Shown one piece after another: positions 29,334 through 38,412 of a DNA stretch of 64,000 bases. Numbering within the stretch: position 1 is the first letter of the stretch; each line of letters starts with the position of its first letter. Position numbers and translations under genes: made by a program. Origin of the DNA: Candidatus Uhrbacteria bacterium (GTDB taxonomy: Bacteria > Patescibacteriota > Patescibacteriia > JACQRZ01); contig JACPMJ010000020.1 in NCBI GenBank assembly GCA_016186045.1, positions 5,435 through 69,434 on the forward strand. The letters are read 5' to 3'. Under the pieces are notes generated by a model, which did no database searches, had not been told where the DNA came from, and saw nothing but the letters and a program-made list of their open reading frames with translations.

Positions 29334-30848
29334 ATGTCGCCAAGCATCATATTTCGCTTGTCGTGCTTTGCATTCGTATGCGGTGTGATCGCATACGCGT
29401 TTGTCTATGGCGGCATTCCGCTATTTTTTTTGTTACTCGCATTGCTTGTGGCAAGCGCGTGCGCAGTAGTGGCGCGAAAGAAGCGCGCGATTTTTTTTCC
29501 AGCGCTTTTGTGCGGGATATTTTTTTTTGGCATGATGCGTGCGGCAATGAGCGGAACAGTGCTTGAGAGCGGCGACTATGCTGATGCGAAAAAATTTTTG
29601 CCGGTGAGCATACAGGGGATTGTGCATGCAGAGCCCCTGCTGACGCAATCGCGGCAAGTGCTTCCACTACGTGTCCAGAACATGGATGAAATAGAGGGTG
29701 GGCGTATTTTGCGCGATGTGCGCGTATTTTCCACACTGATGCCGGCATATCACTATGGTGATGAGCTGTATGTCCGATGCATGCTTATCCCGGTACAAAA
29801 TGGTCCGTGCGTGCAGGCAGATATCCGGCGTATATCCCGCGGGAAAGGAAATGTGGGGTTTGCATTTTTATTGCGCGGGAAAGAATTGTTTTTGAATGCT
29901 GTTCGCACGCATCTTTCCGAACCGCACGCAAGTCTTCTTGGTGCATTGCTCGTGGGGGAACGAAGCGGATTTCCCGCTTGGCTCACTGACGCGTTTATCC
30001 GGAGCGGCATTCTGCATATTGTTGCCATTTCCGGATATAACATCAGTATTGTGATGGCGGGTATGTATGCGGCGCTTCGCGCATTTTCCGTCTCGCGGAA
30101 GCGGAGTTTTTGGTGTATCATAATCGGAATTTTTTTCTTTGTTCTTATGACTGGTTCGTCCGCATCTGTGGTTCGCGCCGCAATTATGGGAGGCGTTGCG
30201 CTCGTTGCCCAATATATTGGGCGGAAACAGTATGCAGGCAATGCGATTCTCTGCGCGGCCGGTGTCATGATATTTTGGGACCCCTCGATCATATTTGACA
30301 TTGGGTTTCAACTTTCGTTTGCGGCCACCTGCGGCTTGATATATATCTCGCCGATTCTTGAACGCGCGTGTGAAAACATATCTTCGGCATATGGAACAAA
30401 AACAATCGCATTGCAGACGATATCTGCCACGCTCGCCACTGCGCCGCTACTGATTTTTTCATTCCAGAGATTTTCTGTGGTTGCCCTTGCGGTGAACATG
30501 CTTGTGTTACCCGTGATTCCCTTGGTCATGGCGCTGGGTTTTTTTTGGGCGGTTTTTGCGTTTGCGGGCGGAATGCTTACCGCACTGATCCCCATACCCA
30601 TTGATACGTTTATCCACATAGCAGGCTGGCCCATCTGGTTTTTACTTTCGTATATTATGATAAGCGCGCAATGGTTTTCCCAAATTTCGTGGGCATCAGT
30701 GGATGTGCGATTGGGATCATGGAATTGGGTGTTCATGTATGCGGCATACGTGAGCATAGTATGGTTTGTATGGGCGCAGGGATACATCTTGAAAAAGAAG
30801 CGCACTGTGATACAATGCGAACAGAGTATAATACGAAGATTACCATGA
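29334..30848 (+). CDS. comEC: ComEC/Rec2-family DNA internalisation channel protein (DUF4131 plus competence domain; no MBL domain)
   Basis: Polytopic membrane protein with ...LGALLVGERSGFPAWLTDAFIRSGILHIVAISGYNISIVMAGMYAAL... (conserved competence-domain block). Confidence 0.75.
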   Translation: MSPSIIFRLSCFAFVCGVIAYAFVYGGIPLFFLLLALLVASACAVVARKKRAIFFPALLCGIFFFGMMRAAMSGTVLESGDYADAKKFLPVSIQGIVHAEPLLTQSRQVLPLRVQNMDEIEGGRILRDVRVFSTLMPAYHYGDELYVRCMLIPVQNGPCVQADIRRISRGKGNVGFAFLLRGKELFLNAVRTHLSEPHASLLGALLVGERSGFPAWLTDAFIRSGILHIVAISGYNISIVMAGMYAALRAFSVSRKRSFWCIIIGIFFFVLMTGSSASVVRAAIMGGVALVAQYIGRKQYAGNAILCAAGVMIFWDPSIIFDIGFQLSFAATCGLIYISPILERACENISSAYGTKTIALQTISATLATAPLLIFSFQRFSVVALAVNMLVLPVIPLVMALGFFWAVFAFAGGMLTALIPIPIDTFIHIAGWPIWFLLSYIMISAQWFSQISWASVDVRLGSWNWVFMYAAYVSIVWFVWAQGYILKKKRTVIQCEQSIIRRLP

Positions 30849-30855
30849 GAAATAT

Positions 30856-32160
30856 ATGAAGAGCGTGATGTATATGCGGAACATACATATTATCGGAGTA
30901 TGCATTGTTTTTTTATTTTTTGGAATGCCTCTGTATGCGCATGCGCAAGATACTTTTTTGAACATTTCCTGTCATGATGTCGTACGGCAAAAAGGATATC
31001 ACGCGACATTTTATGATACGCATTTTTTTGCGGATATTGTACCGGAGGTATGTACAGGCGCATCAGACATAACCTTATCGCTCGTCGCATGGCAAACAGC
31101 AGTGCCAAAAGAATTAGCCGCTGATCCTTTTTTTGAATTTGTCAGCAATATTTATGCATATGACGCGATTGGCGCGCGCAGTGAACATATGGGAACAGGC
31201 ATCAGTGTTCGGATACAGCCAAAACATGTACGGGGAAACGCGGCAATTTATTTTTTTGATAAAGAAAAAAAACAATGGCAGCGTACGAAGTCATATAGGA
31301 AAAAAGACGGGTCGTATGCTGTCCAACTGAAGTTTCCATTTGCGCAGGTTGCGGTATTGCAGGAGAAGAAATGGATTGAAAAAGGAGTGATCAACGCGAC
31401 CGCACTGCCGGCACGCGCCGTGGGCGTTGCTGACGCGAAGGGATCTTTTTTGTTCACAAAAAACGCATACGAACGGCTTCCGCTCGCAAGTCTTACCAAA
31501 CTTATGACCGTGCTTGTTTTTTTGGATAAAAATCCCGGTTGGCAAAAGGCCGTGCAGATCATCGCGGAAGATGACGCAGAGCCGGCAAAAGTCGCATTTC
31601 AGATCGGAGACAGGGTCTATGTGAAAGATCTTTTTTACGCGACACTTATCGGATCAAAAAATAATGCGGCAAAAGCGCTTGCGCGCTCAACGGGACTTTC
31701 GCATGAGGAGTTCATAAAAAAGATGAATGAAAAGGCGAAAGCGCTCGGCATGAAACAGACGGCGTTTGTGGATGCTACCGGATTGAGCGCAGATAATACA
31801 TCGACCATTGAAGATTTTTTAAAATTAGGCCGTGTGGCATTTGGAAATTTGAATATCGCAAAAGCGGCATCCATGAAAACATATACGTTTCAAATCATCG
31901 GTACGAAACGGCGTATGACGGTGCGGAGTACGAATTTTCTTTTGGCGAATGCGAATTTTTTCGCCATGGGAAAAACTGGTCATATTGATGAGGCGGGATA
32001 TAATTTTGCAACACGCGTGAAAAATAAAAATCAAGAGATACTTGTGGTGGTCTTTGGCGCGACAAGCGGAGGAAAACGTGAAGAGATAACCGATATACTT
32101 ATTGATTTTGGCTTTCGCCAGCTTGCGGCGGCGCAGAGTAAGAAGGCGAAAAAGACATAG
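30856..32160 (+). CDS. D-alanyl-D-alanine carboxypeptidase (peptidase S11) with about 150-aa N-terminal extra domain
   Basis: SxxK (ASLTKLMT), SxN (SKNN) and KTG (GKTGH) motifs. Confidence 0.7.
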   Translation: MKSVMYMRNIHIIGVCIVFLFFGMPLYAHAQDTFLNISCHDVVRQKGYHATFYDTHFFADIVPEVCTGASDITLSLVAWQTAVPKELAADPFFEFVSNIYAYDAIGARSEHMGTGISVRIQPKHVRGNAAIYFFDKEKKQWQRTKSYRKKDGSYAVQLKFPFAQVAVLQEKKWIEKGVINATALPARAVGVADAKGSFLFTKNAYERLPLASLTKLMTVLVFLDKNPGWQKAVQIIAEDDAEPAKVAFQIGDRVYVKDLFYATLIGSKNNAAKALARSTGLSHEEFIKKMNEKAKALGMKQTAFVDATGLSADNTSTIEDFLKLGRVAFGNLNIAKAASMKTYTFQIIGTKRRMTVRSTNFLLANANFFAMGKTGHIDEAGYNFATRVKNKNQEILVVVFGATSGGKREEITDILIDFGFRQLAAAQSKKAKKT

Positions 32161-32162
32161 GC

Positions 32163-33053
32163 ATGAAAAAAATAAAGAAATCCTTCCATAAAACCGCCAT
32201 AAAAATATCCGCGAGTATCGCGGTTGCCGCGTTTACGCTTGTTGGCGCATACGCGGGAATTTCCGCGCAAAATGCGCGCCAGCTGACAGTCTCGTATTTT
32301 GACGTGGGACAGGGAGACGCGGAGCTTATCCGCACGCCATCTTCACAGAATATTCTTATAGACGGCGGGCCGGACAGGAGCGTGGAGCAAAAATTGGGAA
32401 GTACATTGCCGTTTTATGATAGGACCATTGACCTCATGATTCTTACACATCCGCATGCGGATCATCTGAATGGACTCATTGGCGTACTCCAGACATATCC
32501 GGTAAAAAAGATATTTCTCTCCGAGATGAAAAATACAACCGTAGGCTTTCGGGAATTTTTACGCATTGCAAAAGAAAAAAATATTCCCATTGAATATGTA
32601 ACAGAAGGGAAACGTGTGACATTTGGCGCTTCTACAGCATTGGATGTTCTTGCGCCATATGATGATGAGCAGAGCAAGACGGACATCAATAATGCGTCTG
32701 TAGTGGTAAAGGTTACCTATCACAAGACGGCGTTTATGTTTACCGGTGATGCGGAAACTACGGAAGAAGAACACATCGCGCGAAATAGGGATGATCTTGC
32801 AAGTGATGTGCTGAAGACGGGGCATCATGGAAGCAAGACATCCACAAGTGAGGAGTTTCTTGCGGAAGTGCATCCCGACATTGCGATCATTTCTGTTGGG
32901 AAAGGCAATATGTACGGCCATCCGGATAAAGAAATTATTCACAGACTTGAACAAAATAGAATAACAGTGTATCGTACTGATGAAGCTGGGGATATCACAG
33001 TGAAGAGCGACGGCGCACATGTGAGTGTCATATCGCAAAAAAATAAAAAATAA
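32163..33053 (+). CDS. Membrane-anchored MBL-fold metallo-hydrolase, ComEC C-terminal-domain-like (stand-alone)
   Basis: N-terminal anchor, then LMILTHPHADHLNGL (metallo-beta-lactamase HxHxDH motif), ...FTGDAE... and HHGS... as in ComEC MBL domains. Confidence 0.6.
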   Translation: MKKIKKSFHKTAIKISASIAVAAFTLVGAYAGISAQNARQLTVSYFDVGQGDAELIRTPSSQNILIDGGPDRSVEQKLGSTLPFYDRTIDLMILTHPHADHLNGLIGVLQTYPVKKIFLSEMKNTTVGFREFLRIAKEKNIPIEYVTEGKRVTFGASTALDVLAPYDDEQSKTDINNASVVVKVTYHKTAFMFTGDAETTEEEHIARNRDDLASDVLKTGHHGSKTSTSEEFLAEVHPDIAIISVGKGNMYGHPDKEIIHRLEQNRITVYRTDEAGDITVKSDGAHVSVISQKNKK

Positions 33054-33073
33054 TACGCAAAAGAAAAGACCGT

Positions 33074-33589
33074 ATGATGGAACAGACATTGGTAGTGGTA
33101 AAACCAGATGGTGTTAAAAGAAATCTTATAGGAAAAATTATCTCATACTATGAGGCGGGTGGTTTGAAGGTAAAGACATTGAAGATGCTTACCGTATCTG
33201 AAGCGCTCATAGATAAACATTATCCCGAGATGGATGATTATTTAGTAAGTCTGGGGAAAAAAAGCGAGAAGGCCGGAGATAAAATAGACGATTATCGAGC
33301 GCAAGGATTGAAAATCGTTCAAGGATTGAAAAAGTATATCACGTCAGGACCGGTAGTAAAGATGATTCTTGAGGGAGAGGACGCGATCAAACAGGTGAGA
33401 GCGATCACTGGATATACGGATCCGAAAAGCGCAGAGAAAGGCACTATTCGAGGCGACATGGGCGAGGATAGTATTTTGGAAGCAAATAGAGAAAATCGTC
33501 CGGTAAAAAACCTTATTCACGCGTCAGGAAATAGTGAAGAGGCGGCTACAGAAATCACATTATGGTTTTCTCCCGAAGAGCTGGTATAG
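33074..33589 (+). CDS. ndk: Nucleoside diphosphate kinase (with internal insertion)
   Basis: MMEQTLVVVKPDGVKRNLIGKIISYYEAGGLKV... and NLIHASGNSEEAATEITLWF (active-site His region). Confidence 0.8.
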   Translation: MMEQTLVVVKPDGVKRNLIGKIISYYEAGGLKVKTLKMLTVSEALIDKHYPEMDDYLVSLGKKSEKAGDKIDDYRAQGLKIVQGLKKYITSGPVVKMILEGEDAIKQVRAITGYTDPKSAEKGTIRGDMGEDSILEANRENRPVKNLIHASGNSEEAATEITLWFSPEELV

Positions 33590-33597
33590 GACGCATG

Positions 33598-33740
33598 TCA
33601 TTCCCATGAAAATGGGAATCCAGTTTATAGTACGCTTTCATTATTTTAACTGGATCCCGGATCGGGCCTGTCCCCGACTACGATCGGGGATCCGGGATGA
33701 CACTGAAAGAATGACCCGCCATGCTTGGGTCATTCTTTCA
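33598..33740. repeat. Intergenic structured repeat, family copy 2 (subfamily B), including a 14-bp terminal hairpin tgaaagaatgaccc/gggtcattctttca
   Basis: TGTCATTCCCATGAAAATGGGAATCCAG...ACTGGATCCCGG...GGGGATCCGGGATGACA. About 75% identical at both ends to copy 3. Confidence 0.5.
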
Positions 33741-33782
33741 TACAAGAGAGTGGAACGAGGGAGTCTTTTAAGTTTACGTTGT

Positions 33783-34928
33783 ATGATCCGCGCACTGTTT
33801 CGATTTTTGAGAAAAATAAAATTTCAGTATACGGCTCTTGTCGAGGTGCGTATTTTTCGCGATCGGATTCTTCATAATCTCGGCGTGTTTCAGTACATGC
33901 TTCCTTCCGGTGTCCGTATCGCACCAGTACTAAAAAGCAATGCTTACGGACACGGACTTGTGCAGGTAGCAGAGTGTCTCCGTGATGTTGATATTCCATT
34001 TCTCGCGGTCGACTCGTATTATGAGGCGCTTGTATTGCGAAATGAGGGAATCAAAACGCCACTCGTAGTGATTGGGTATACGGTAAAAGAAAATATTTTT
34101 CAAAATAAATTAAAAGATATTTCTTTTACCGTCATAAGTAAGGAAGAGCTTTCGGATATTGCGCACGGTATCTCTTCGCCATGCCGCATACATCTCAAAA
34201 TTGATACCGGTATGCATCGGCAGGGGATATGCTTGGAAGACTGCGGCGAAGTCATCTCACTGATTCAGAAAAATCGTAATATTATCTTGGAAGGCATCTG
34301 TACGCATTTTGCGGATGCAGATAATGAGGATACGGAATATACCCAGATCCAAATTCATGTATGGAACATTATGGCGAAAACATTCAGGCACGCATTTCCC
34401 TTCATACAGTTTTTACATGTCGCCGCAACATGTGGAAGCTCTTTTTCAAAGTCAATCGATGCAAACGTCATGCGACTTGGTATCGGGCTCTATGGTATCG
34501 CACCGTGTGCCGCATTGAAAAGTCTTTCGCTTCAGTCCGCGCTTGAGATGCGCTCACTGATAAGCTCCATAAAAAAAATAGAGAGGGGAGATATGGTAGG
34601 ATATAACGGAACCTATACGGCGGATACGGCACTGTACATCGCCACAGTGCCGGTGGGATATTTTGAGGGAGTAGACAGACGGCTTTCAAATAAGGGGTAT
34701 GTCATCGTACGGGGGATAGCATGTCCCATGATTGGTCGTGTGAGCATGAATATTATTACGGTTGATGTGTCTGTGATTGCTGATATAAAAATAGGGGAAC
34801 GGGTGGTTGTTATCAGCTCTGATACTGAAGAAAAAAACTCCGTAGAAAATATCGCCGATTTGTGCGAAACGATACCGTACGAAATACTTGTACATATTCC
34901 CGCGTCACTTCGGAGGGTTGTCATGTAA
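33783..34928 (+). CDS. alr: Alanine racemase
   Basis: PLP-lysine motif APVLKSNAYGHG. Start set at ATG 33783; the longer track ORF from 33534 runs through the repeat element. Confidence 0.75.
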   Translation: MIRALFRFLRKIKFQYTALVEVRIFRDRILHNLGVFQYMLPSGVRIAPVLKSNAYGHGLVQVAECLRDVDIPFLAVDSYYEALVLRNEGIKTPLVVIGYTVKENIFQNKLKDISFTVISKEELSDIAHGISSPCRIHLKIDTGMHRQGICLEDCGEVISLIQKNRNIILEGICTHFADADNEDTEYTQIQIHVWNIMAKTFRHAFPFIQFLHVAATCGSSFSKSIDANVMRLGIGLYGIAPCAALKSLSLQSALEMRSLISSIKKIERGDMVGYNGTYTADTALYIATVPVGYFEGVDRRLSNKGYVIVRGIACPMIGRVSMNIITVDVSVIADIKIGERVVVISSDTEEKNSVENIADLCETIPYEILVHIPASLRRVVM

Positions 34929-34930
34929 TC

Positions 34931-35063
34931 TGAGACTGGTGAAAAATGTCATTCCCGTGAAAACGGGAATCCAGCCTACTCGAAATGATCTGCCTTTTAC
35001 TGGATCCCCGCCTTCGCGGGGATGACAAAGAGTCACACCAAGGGCATTTTTCATCAGTCTCAA
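34931..35063. repeat. Intergenic structured repeat, family copy 3 (subfamily B), nested in an 18-bp inverted repeat tgagactggtgaaaaatg / catttttcatcagtctca
   Basis: Core at 34947-35029: TGTCATTCCCGTGAAAACGGGAATCCAG...ACTGGATCCCCGCCTTCGCGGGGATGACA. The outer inverted repeat has 1 mismatch. Confidence 0.5.
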
Positions 35064-35080
35064 TCTGTATTGCTGAAATA

Positions 35081-35118
35081 AAAAAGCCCTGCGGTATGCA
35101 AAGCTTTTTTATTTTTTT
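35081..35118. terminator. Bidirectional terminator-like hairpin between alr (plus repeat) and the convergent pilin gene
   Basis: aaaaagc-cctgcggtatgcaa-gcttttt, with T/A runs on both sides. Confidence 0.45.
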
Positions 35119-35560
35119 ATCGTGTGACGGTAATTGTCACGCTTTGTTCCGCACCCGGGGCCGCTACCGTAATTCTGCCATTGGCGGATTTGTTTATATT
35201 ATAGTTCGTGCTGTTTGCCGTCGCCGAGCTTGGGTCGAAGGGGAGCGAGGTAAGATATTTTTCATTTGTCGTCAGTACGCTCAAATCGATTAAACCGGTG
35301 CAGGTACCGCCTGTTTTGCATACCCCCGTGGCGGTAGTGGTGATGGAGGCGGGCAGTGTGCCACTATTATCAAGCGTATATTGATACACCGCGTTGAGAA
35401 TACTATTGACATCCGCGCGGCGTTGGGCATTCCGTGTATCACCAAGTTGTTTGTTTGGGTTGATGGCGATAATCACGATGCTTGCCAAAATGGCGATTGC
35501 GGCGACAACAAGGAGAATTTCTATAAGGGTAAATCCTTTATTTTTACACGTGCTTCTCAT
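35117..35560 (-). CDS. Type IV pilin (prepilin with N-terminal methylation motif), major-pilin candidate
   Basis: MRSTCKNKGFTLIEILLVVAAIAILASIVIIAI is a class III signal peptide with the G/FTLIE motif. It is the last gene of the minus-strand pilus block. Confidence 0.7.
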   Translation of the reverse strand: MRSTCKNKGFTLIEILLVVAAIAILASIVIIAINPNKQLGDTRNAQRRADVNSILNAVYQYTLDNSGTLPASITTTATGVCKTGGTCTGLIDLSVLTTNEKYLTSLPFDPSSATANSTNYNINKSANGRITVAAPGAEQSVTITVTR

Positions 35561-35622
35561 AGAGCTTTTTTATTAGTTACTTATTTTGAAACTTCTTTCA
35601 CGGCTTGAATATAGCATATTTT

Positions 35623-36024
35623 TTAAAAATCAGCCACTTCTTGCCATGACGATATCTGAATCGCGGGATTGACTCCGGTAATAATGATCTTTTCTTTTCG
35701 TATAATGGTCCCGACCGTACCAGATGAGGTGATAGTTCTATTTTGTCCACCCTGGCTCGTAACGGTATATGCACAGGTTCCCTGTCCAAGCGTGAGAGTG
35801 TCGCTTCCGGTATATGAGGTTGAGTCATGAATATGTTGGAGCGCCTCTTCCGCGCACGCGTTGGCGAGCGCTTTTGCTTGAGCCGACTGTTCCGATGCAA
35901 GACTTGTTTTTGATGATCCAACGCCGAGTAACAGAAGAGATGTGACAATAGAGATGCCGAGTACTCCGATAATGAGTACACTGATGAGCGCGATAAATCC
36001 ATGATGATGCGTGGTATGATGCAT
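35623..36024 (-). CDS. Pseudopilin/minor-pilin-like protein (133 aa)
   Basis: Start at ATG (complement of 36022-36024): MHHTTHHHGFIALISVLIIGVLGISIV..., a hydrophobic N-terminal helix after GF. Confidence 0.5.
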   Translation of the reverse strand: MHHTTHHHGFIALISVLIIGVLGISIVTSLLLLGVGSSKTSLASEQSAQAKALANACAEEALQHIHDSTSYTGSDTLTLGQGTCAYTVTSQGGQNRTITSSGTVGTIIRKEKIIITGVNPAIQISSWQEVADF

Positions 36025-36031
36025 AGTGTTA

Positions 36032-36535
36032 TTATTGTTGCTGGCGCAGAGTAGCGGAGCTGACAAATGTTTTTGTAAAATCATATTCATTTCTTCCGCT
36101 TGGGTTGAGATGTGTGAGAGTATAGTGGATACGAACCGTCCCCGGAGTAGCTGAACGGGAAAGATTTTGAAATGTGAGTGCGGAAGCGGTAATGCGAGAG
36201 TTTGTGAGCGAAATTGCATTTGCCGCTCCTTCTTTGATACGAATTGCGCCGTTTGAAAGATCAAAAATAGTTGGATCACTCGTAGTTGCGGTAACATTGA
36301 GTGTCAAAGATGAGACACTCATGCCTTGTGTCGGCGAGGTGATACTCTGCGCGTTGAGCGCAGTTTGTGTGATAATATGCATCACCTGCACACCCTGTTG
36401 TTCCACCTCTGCGATAGTCTGATTTTTAACGCGTGACTGGAGGAGAGAGGAGAGAAATGCCGAGATAACAAGCAATAGTACCGACGAGATAGTTACGTAG
36501 AGGAGGAGCTCTATAAGAGTGAATCCTTTTTTCAT
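36032..36535 (-). CDS. Type IV pilin-like protein (minor pilin)
   Basis: MKKGFTLIELLLYVTISSVLLLVISAF is a prepilin motif. Confidence 0.65.
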   Translation of the reverse strand: MKKGFTLIELLLYVTISSVLLLVISAFLSSLLQSRVKNQTIAEVEQQGVQVMHIITQTALNAQSITSPTQGMSVSSLTLNVTATTSDPTIFDLSNGAIRIKEGAANAISLTNSRITASALTFQNLSRSATPGTVRIHYTLTHLNPSGRNEYDFTKTFVSSATLRQQQ

Positions 36536-36541
36536 AGGATG

Positions 36542-38020
36542 TTATGGTGAGATTATTTGCAATTCGCATGAGTCATATCCGGAAGCGATCATAACAACAT
36601 CTTTAGTAAGAGAATAGGTGAGTTTATATGGCGTACCTTGTAAGTTCAGATTGGTAAGAAGCGTAGGAGTTGAGGGGGTGCTGACATCAATGACTTGATA
36701 ATCTTCAACGCCAACGGCGGTATTTGCAAAAAAGACAAACATTAGATTGCTATCATAATCTATTGATTGCAAAACGTGCGTACCAATATCGAGCGTGCTT
36801 GTTATAGAGGGAGCCAAGGGGTCAGTAACGTTTATAATATAAAATTCAGGAGCCGCCGAACCATCTCGGCCAAGATATACGGTATTTGTACTGGCACTTA
36901 CGGCAATGGAAAGAGCATCGGGTTGTGTCGCTCCCTCATTAAGATTGAGAGAGGCGACCAAAGAAGGAGCCGTGGATGTTGTTGCATTAATGATTTGAAA
37001 TTCTTGTGAGTTATCGCTTGAAGCGCCATAGACATAATTACCTATCACTCCTGTTTCTTTTACATCGCCGGCTAAATCGATAGAACTGATGAGTGTCGGT
37101 GTGCTTGGAACGGAAATATTAAAAACATAGAATTCTTTGCCGGCACTGTTTTTTCTTGTCAGGTATAAGGTATTGTTCGCACCTAGAGAAACTGCGAGCG
37201 CGTCAGCATTGGCATTTCCGCTATTTGCCGTGGTGAGATCAAATTTGAGAGCAACCATTGGTGTTGTCGGATCAGAGATATCAACGACGGTAAGTTCTCC
37301 GCTATTATCGCTGGAGGCGATATAGGCATAGGTACTTGTAACAACAATGTCATTGGCGGTATCACCCGTTGTTAATGTACCTAAGAGTGTTGGGTCAGAA
37401 GAGGTCGTCGCATCAAATACAAAAAATTCATATCCGTTGTTGTTTTGCCTGCCGAGATACAGATAATTTCCTTGTGTCGCTATGGAGATTCCATCAGCGG
37501 CTTCATTACTACTATTTTGCACATCAAGATTAAAACAGGCGATCAGTGATGGCGCCGATCCCTTTTTTGTCCCAAACCAATTTGTCAGACGTGTTACGAG
37601 CGAGATGGTACCCGTTCTGGATGGATTTTGTTGCCACGTAATAGTGCTCGTCACCGTTTTTCTGTCCGCATCAATACTCGAAACGGCAATCTGTCGAGTG
37701 AAAAAAGAATCAGTCGCATCAGAGGTGTCGGAAAATCCCCATTGATTTGATGAAATCGAGAGACCATGCAATCCGTTGCCTATATTAGTAAAACTGGCAT
37801 CACGAATATTTCGTGTCGCCTCTAACCCCTCTTGGGCGAGCATCGTCGCGCGCGCACGATTTCCGGCAAGAACCGATGACTCTTGTCCTGTAAGATACGC
37901 CCCAGTGAGGGTGGATATAAGCAATAAAAAAATTGCGATGGCAAGCATCACCTCAATAAGTAAAAAACCCTTAGTAGGCGACCATGCCTTTCGCGTTGAT
38001 TGTGAGTGTTCTCGTCTCAT
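36542..38020 (-). CDS. Large pilin-like protein with prepilin N-terminus fused to a repeat-rich, beta-propeller-like domain (candidate tip adhesin)
   Basis: ...SPTKGFLLIEVMLAIAIFLLLISTL, followed by about 400 aa of repeating units (NxxYxYxAxxxxxxxEFxVxDxSxPxxPxL). The start is uncertain (ATG at 38020 overlaps the upstream pilin by 50 nt). Confidence 0.55.
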   Translation of the reverse strand: MRREHSQSTRKAWSPTKGFLLIEVMLAIAIFLLLISTLTGAYLTGQESSVLAGNRARATMLAQEGLEATRNIRDASFTNIGNGLHGLSISSNQWGFSDTSDATDSFFTRQIAVSSIDADRKTVTSTITWQQNPSRTGTISLVTRLTNWFGTKKGSAPSLIACFNLDVQNSSNEAADGISIATQGNYLYLGRQNNNGYEFFVFDATTSSDPTLLGTLTTGDTANDIVVTSTYAYIASSDNSGELTVVDISDPTTPMVALKFDLTTANSGNANADALAVSLGANNTLYLTRKNSAGKEFYVFNISVPSTPTLISSIDLAGDVKETGVIGNYVYGASSDNSQEFQIINATTSTAPSLVASLNLNEGATQPDALSIAVSASTNTVYLGRDGSAAPEFYIINVTDPLAPSITSTLDIGTHVLQSIDYDSNLMFVFFANTAVGVEDYQVIDVSTPSTPTLLTNLNLQGTPYKLTYSLTKDVVMIASGYDSCELQIISP

Positions 38021-38411
38021 TGGTGTTTGAGATAAGTGTGAGCGTACCAGTGGTTTGCGGGTGACCGCTGAATTTTGTAAAGATGATTTCTGTTGTGCCG
38101 TCTGCCGTGATACTATTTTGCAGATCAAAGAGTTCATCAAAAGAAACATCGCGAGCGGCGTAGCTGGCGCCCTTGAAGAGTGTGATACTTCCACTTTGAG
38201 CGCGAACTCCCCAGCTCGTATCGCCATCGGACGCCTGCGCGAGCGCTTGCGCTCGGCGAATGCCTTGAGCGATAGTCACCGCCGCGATATCAAGGTCGTT
38301 TCTCACGTGGAATGATTGGTAGATGGGAAGCGCGATACCCGCAAGCGCCGTTATCGTCGCGATAACGAGTAAAGATTCCAACAGAGTAAATCCGTTTTTA
38401 GTTTGCGACAT
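37971..38411 (-). CDS. Type IV pilin-like protein
   Basis: MSQTKNGFTLLESLLVIATITALAGIALPIY. Start chosen at the internal ATG, giving a short leader and abutting the pilC stop. Confidence 0.65.
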   Translation of the reverse strand: MSQTKNGFTLLESLLVIATITALAGIALPIYQSFHVRNDLDIAAVTIAQGIRRAQALAQASDGDTSWGVRAQSGSITLFKGASYAARDVSFDELFDLQNSITADGTTEIIFTKFSGHPQTTGTLTLISNTNETRTLTINAKGMVAY

Positions 38412-38412
38412 A

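Noticed and set aside
33534-33782. Upstream 83-aa extension of the alr ORF
   Set aside because: It overlaps the ndk 3' end and runs through repeat copy 2. The alanine racemase homology begins after ATG 33783.
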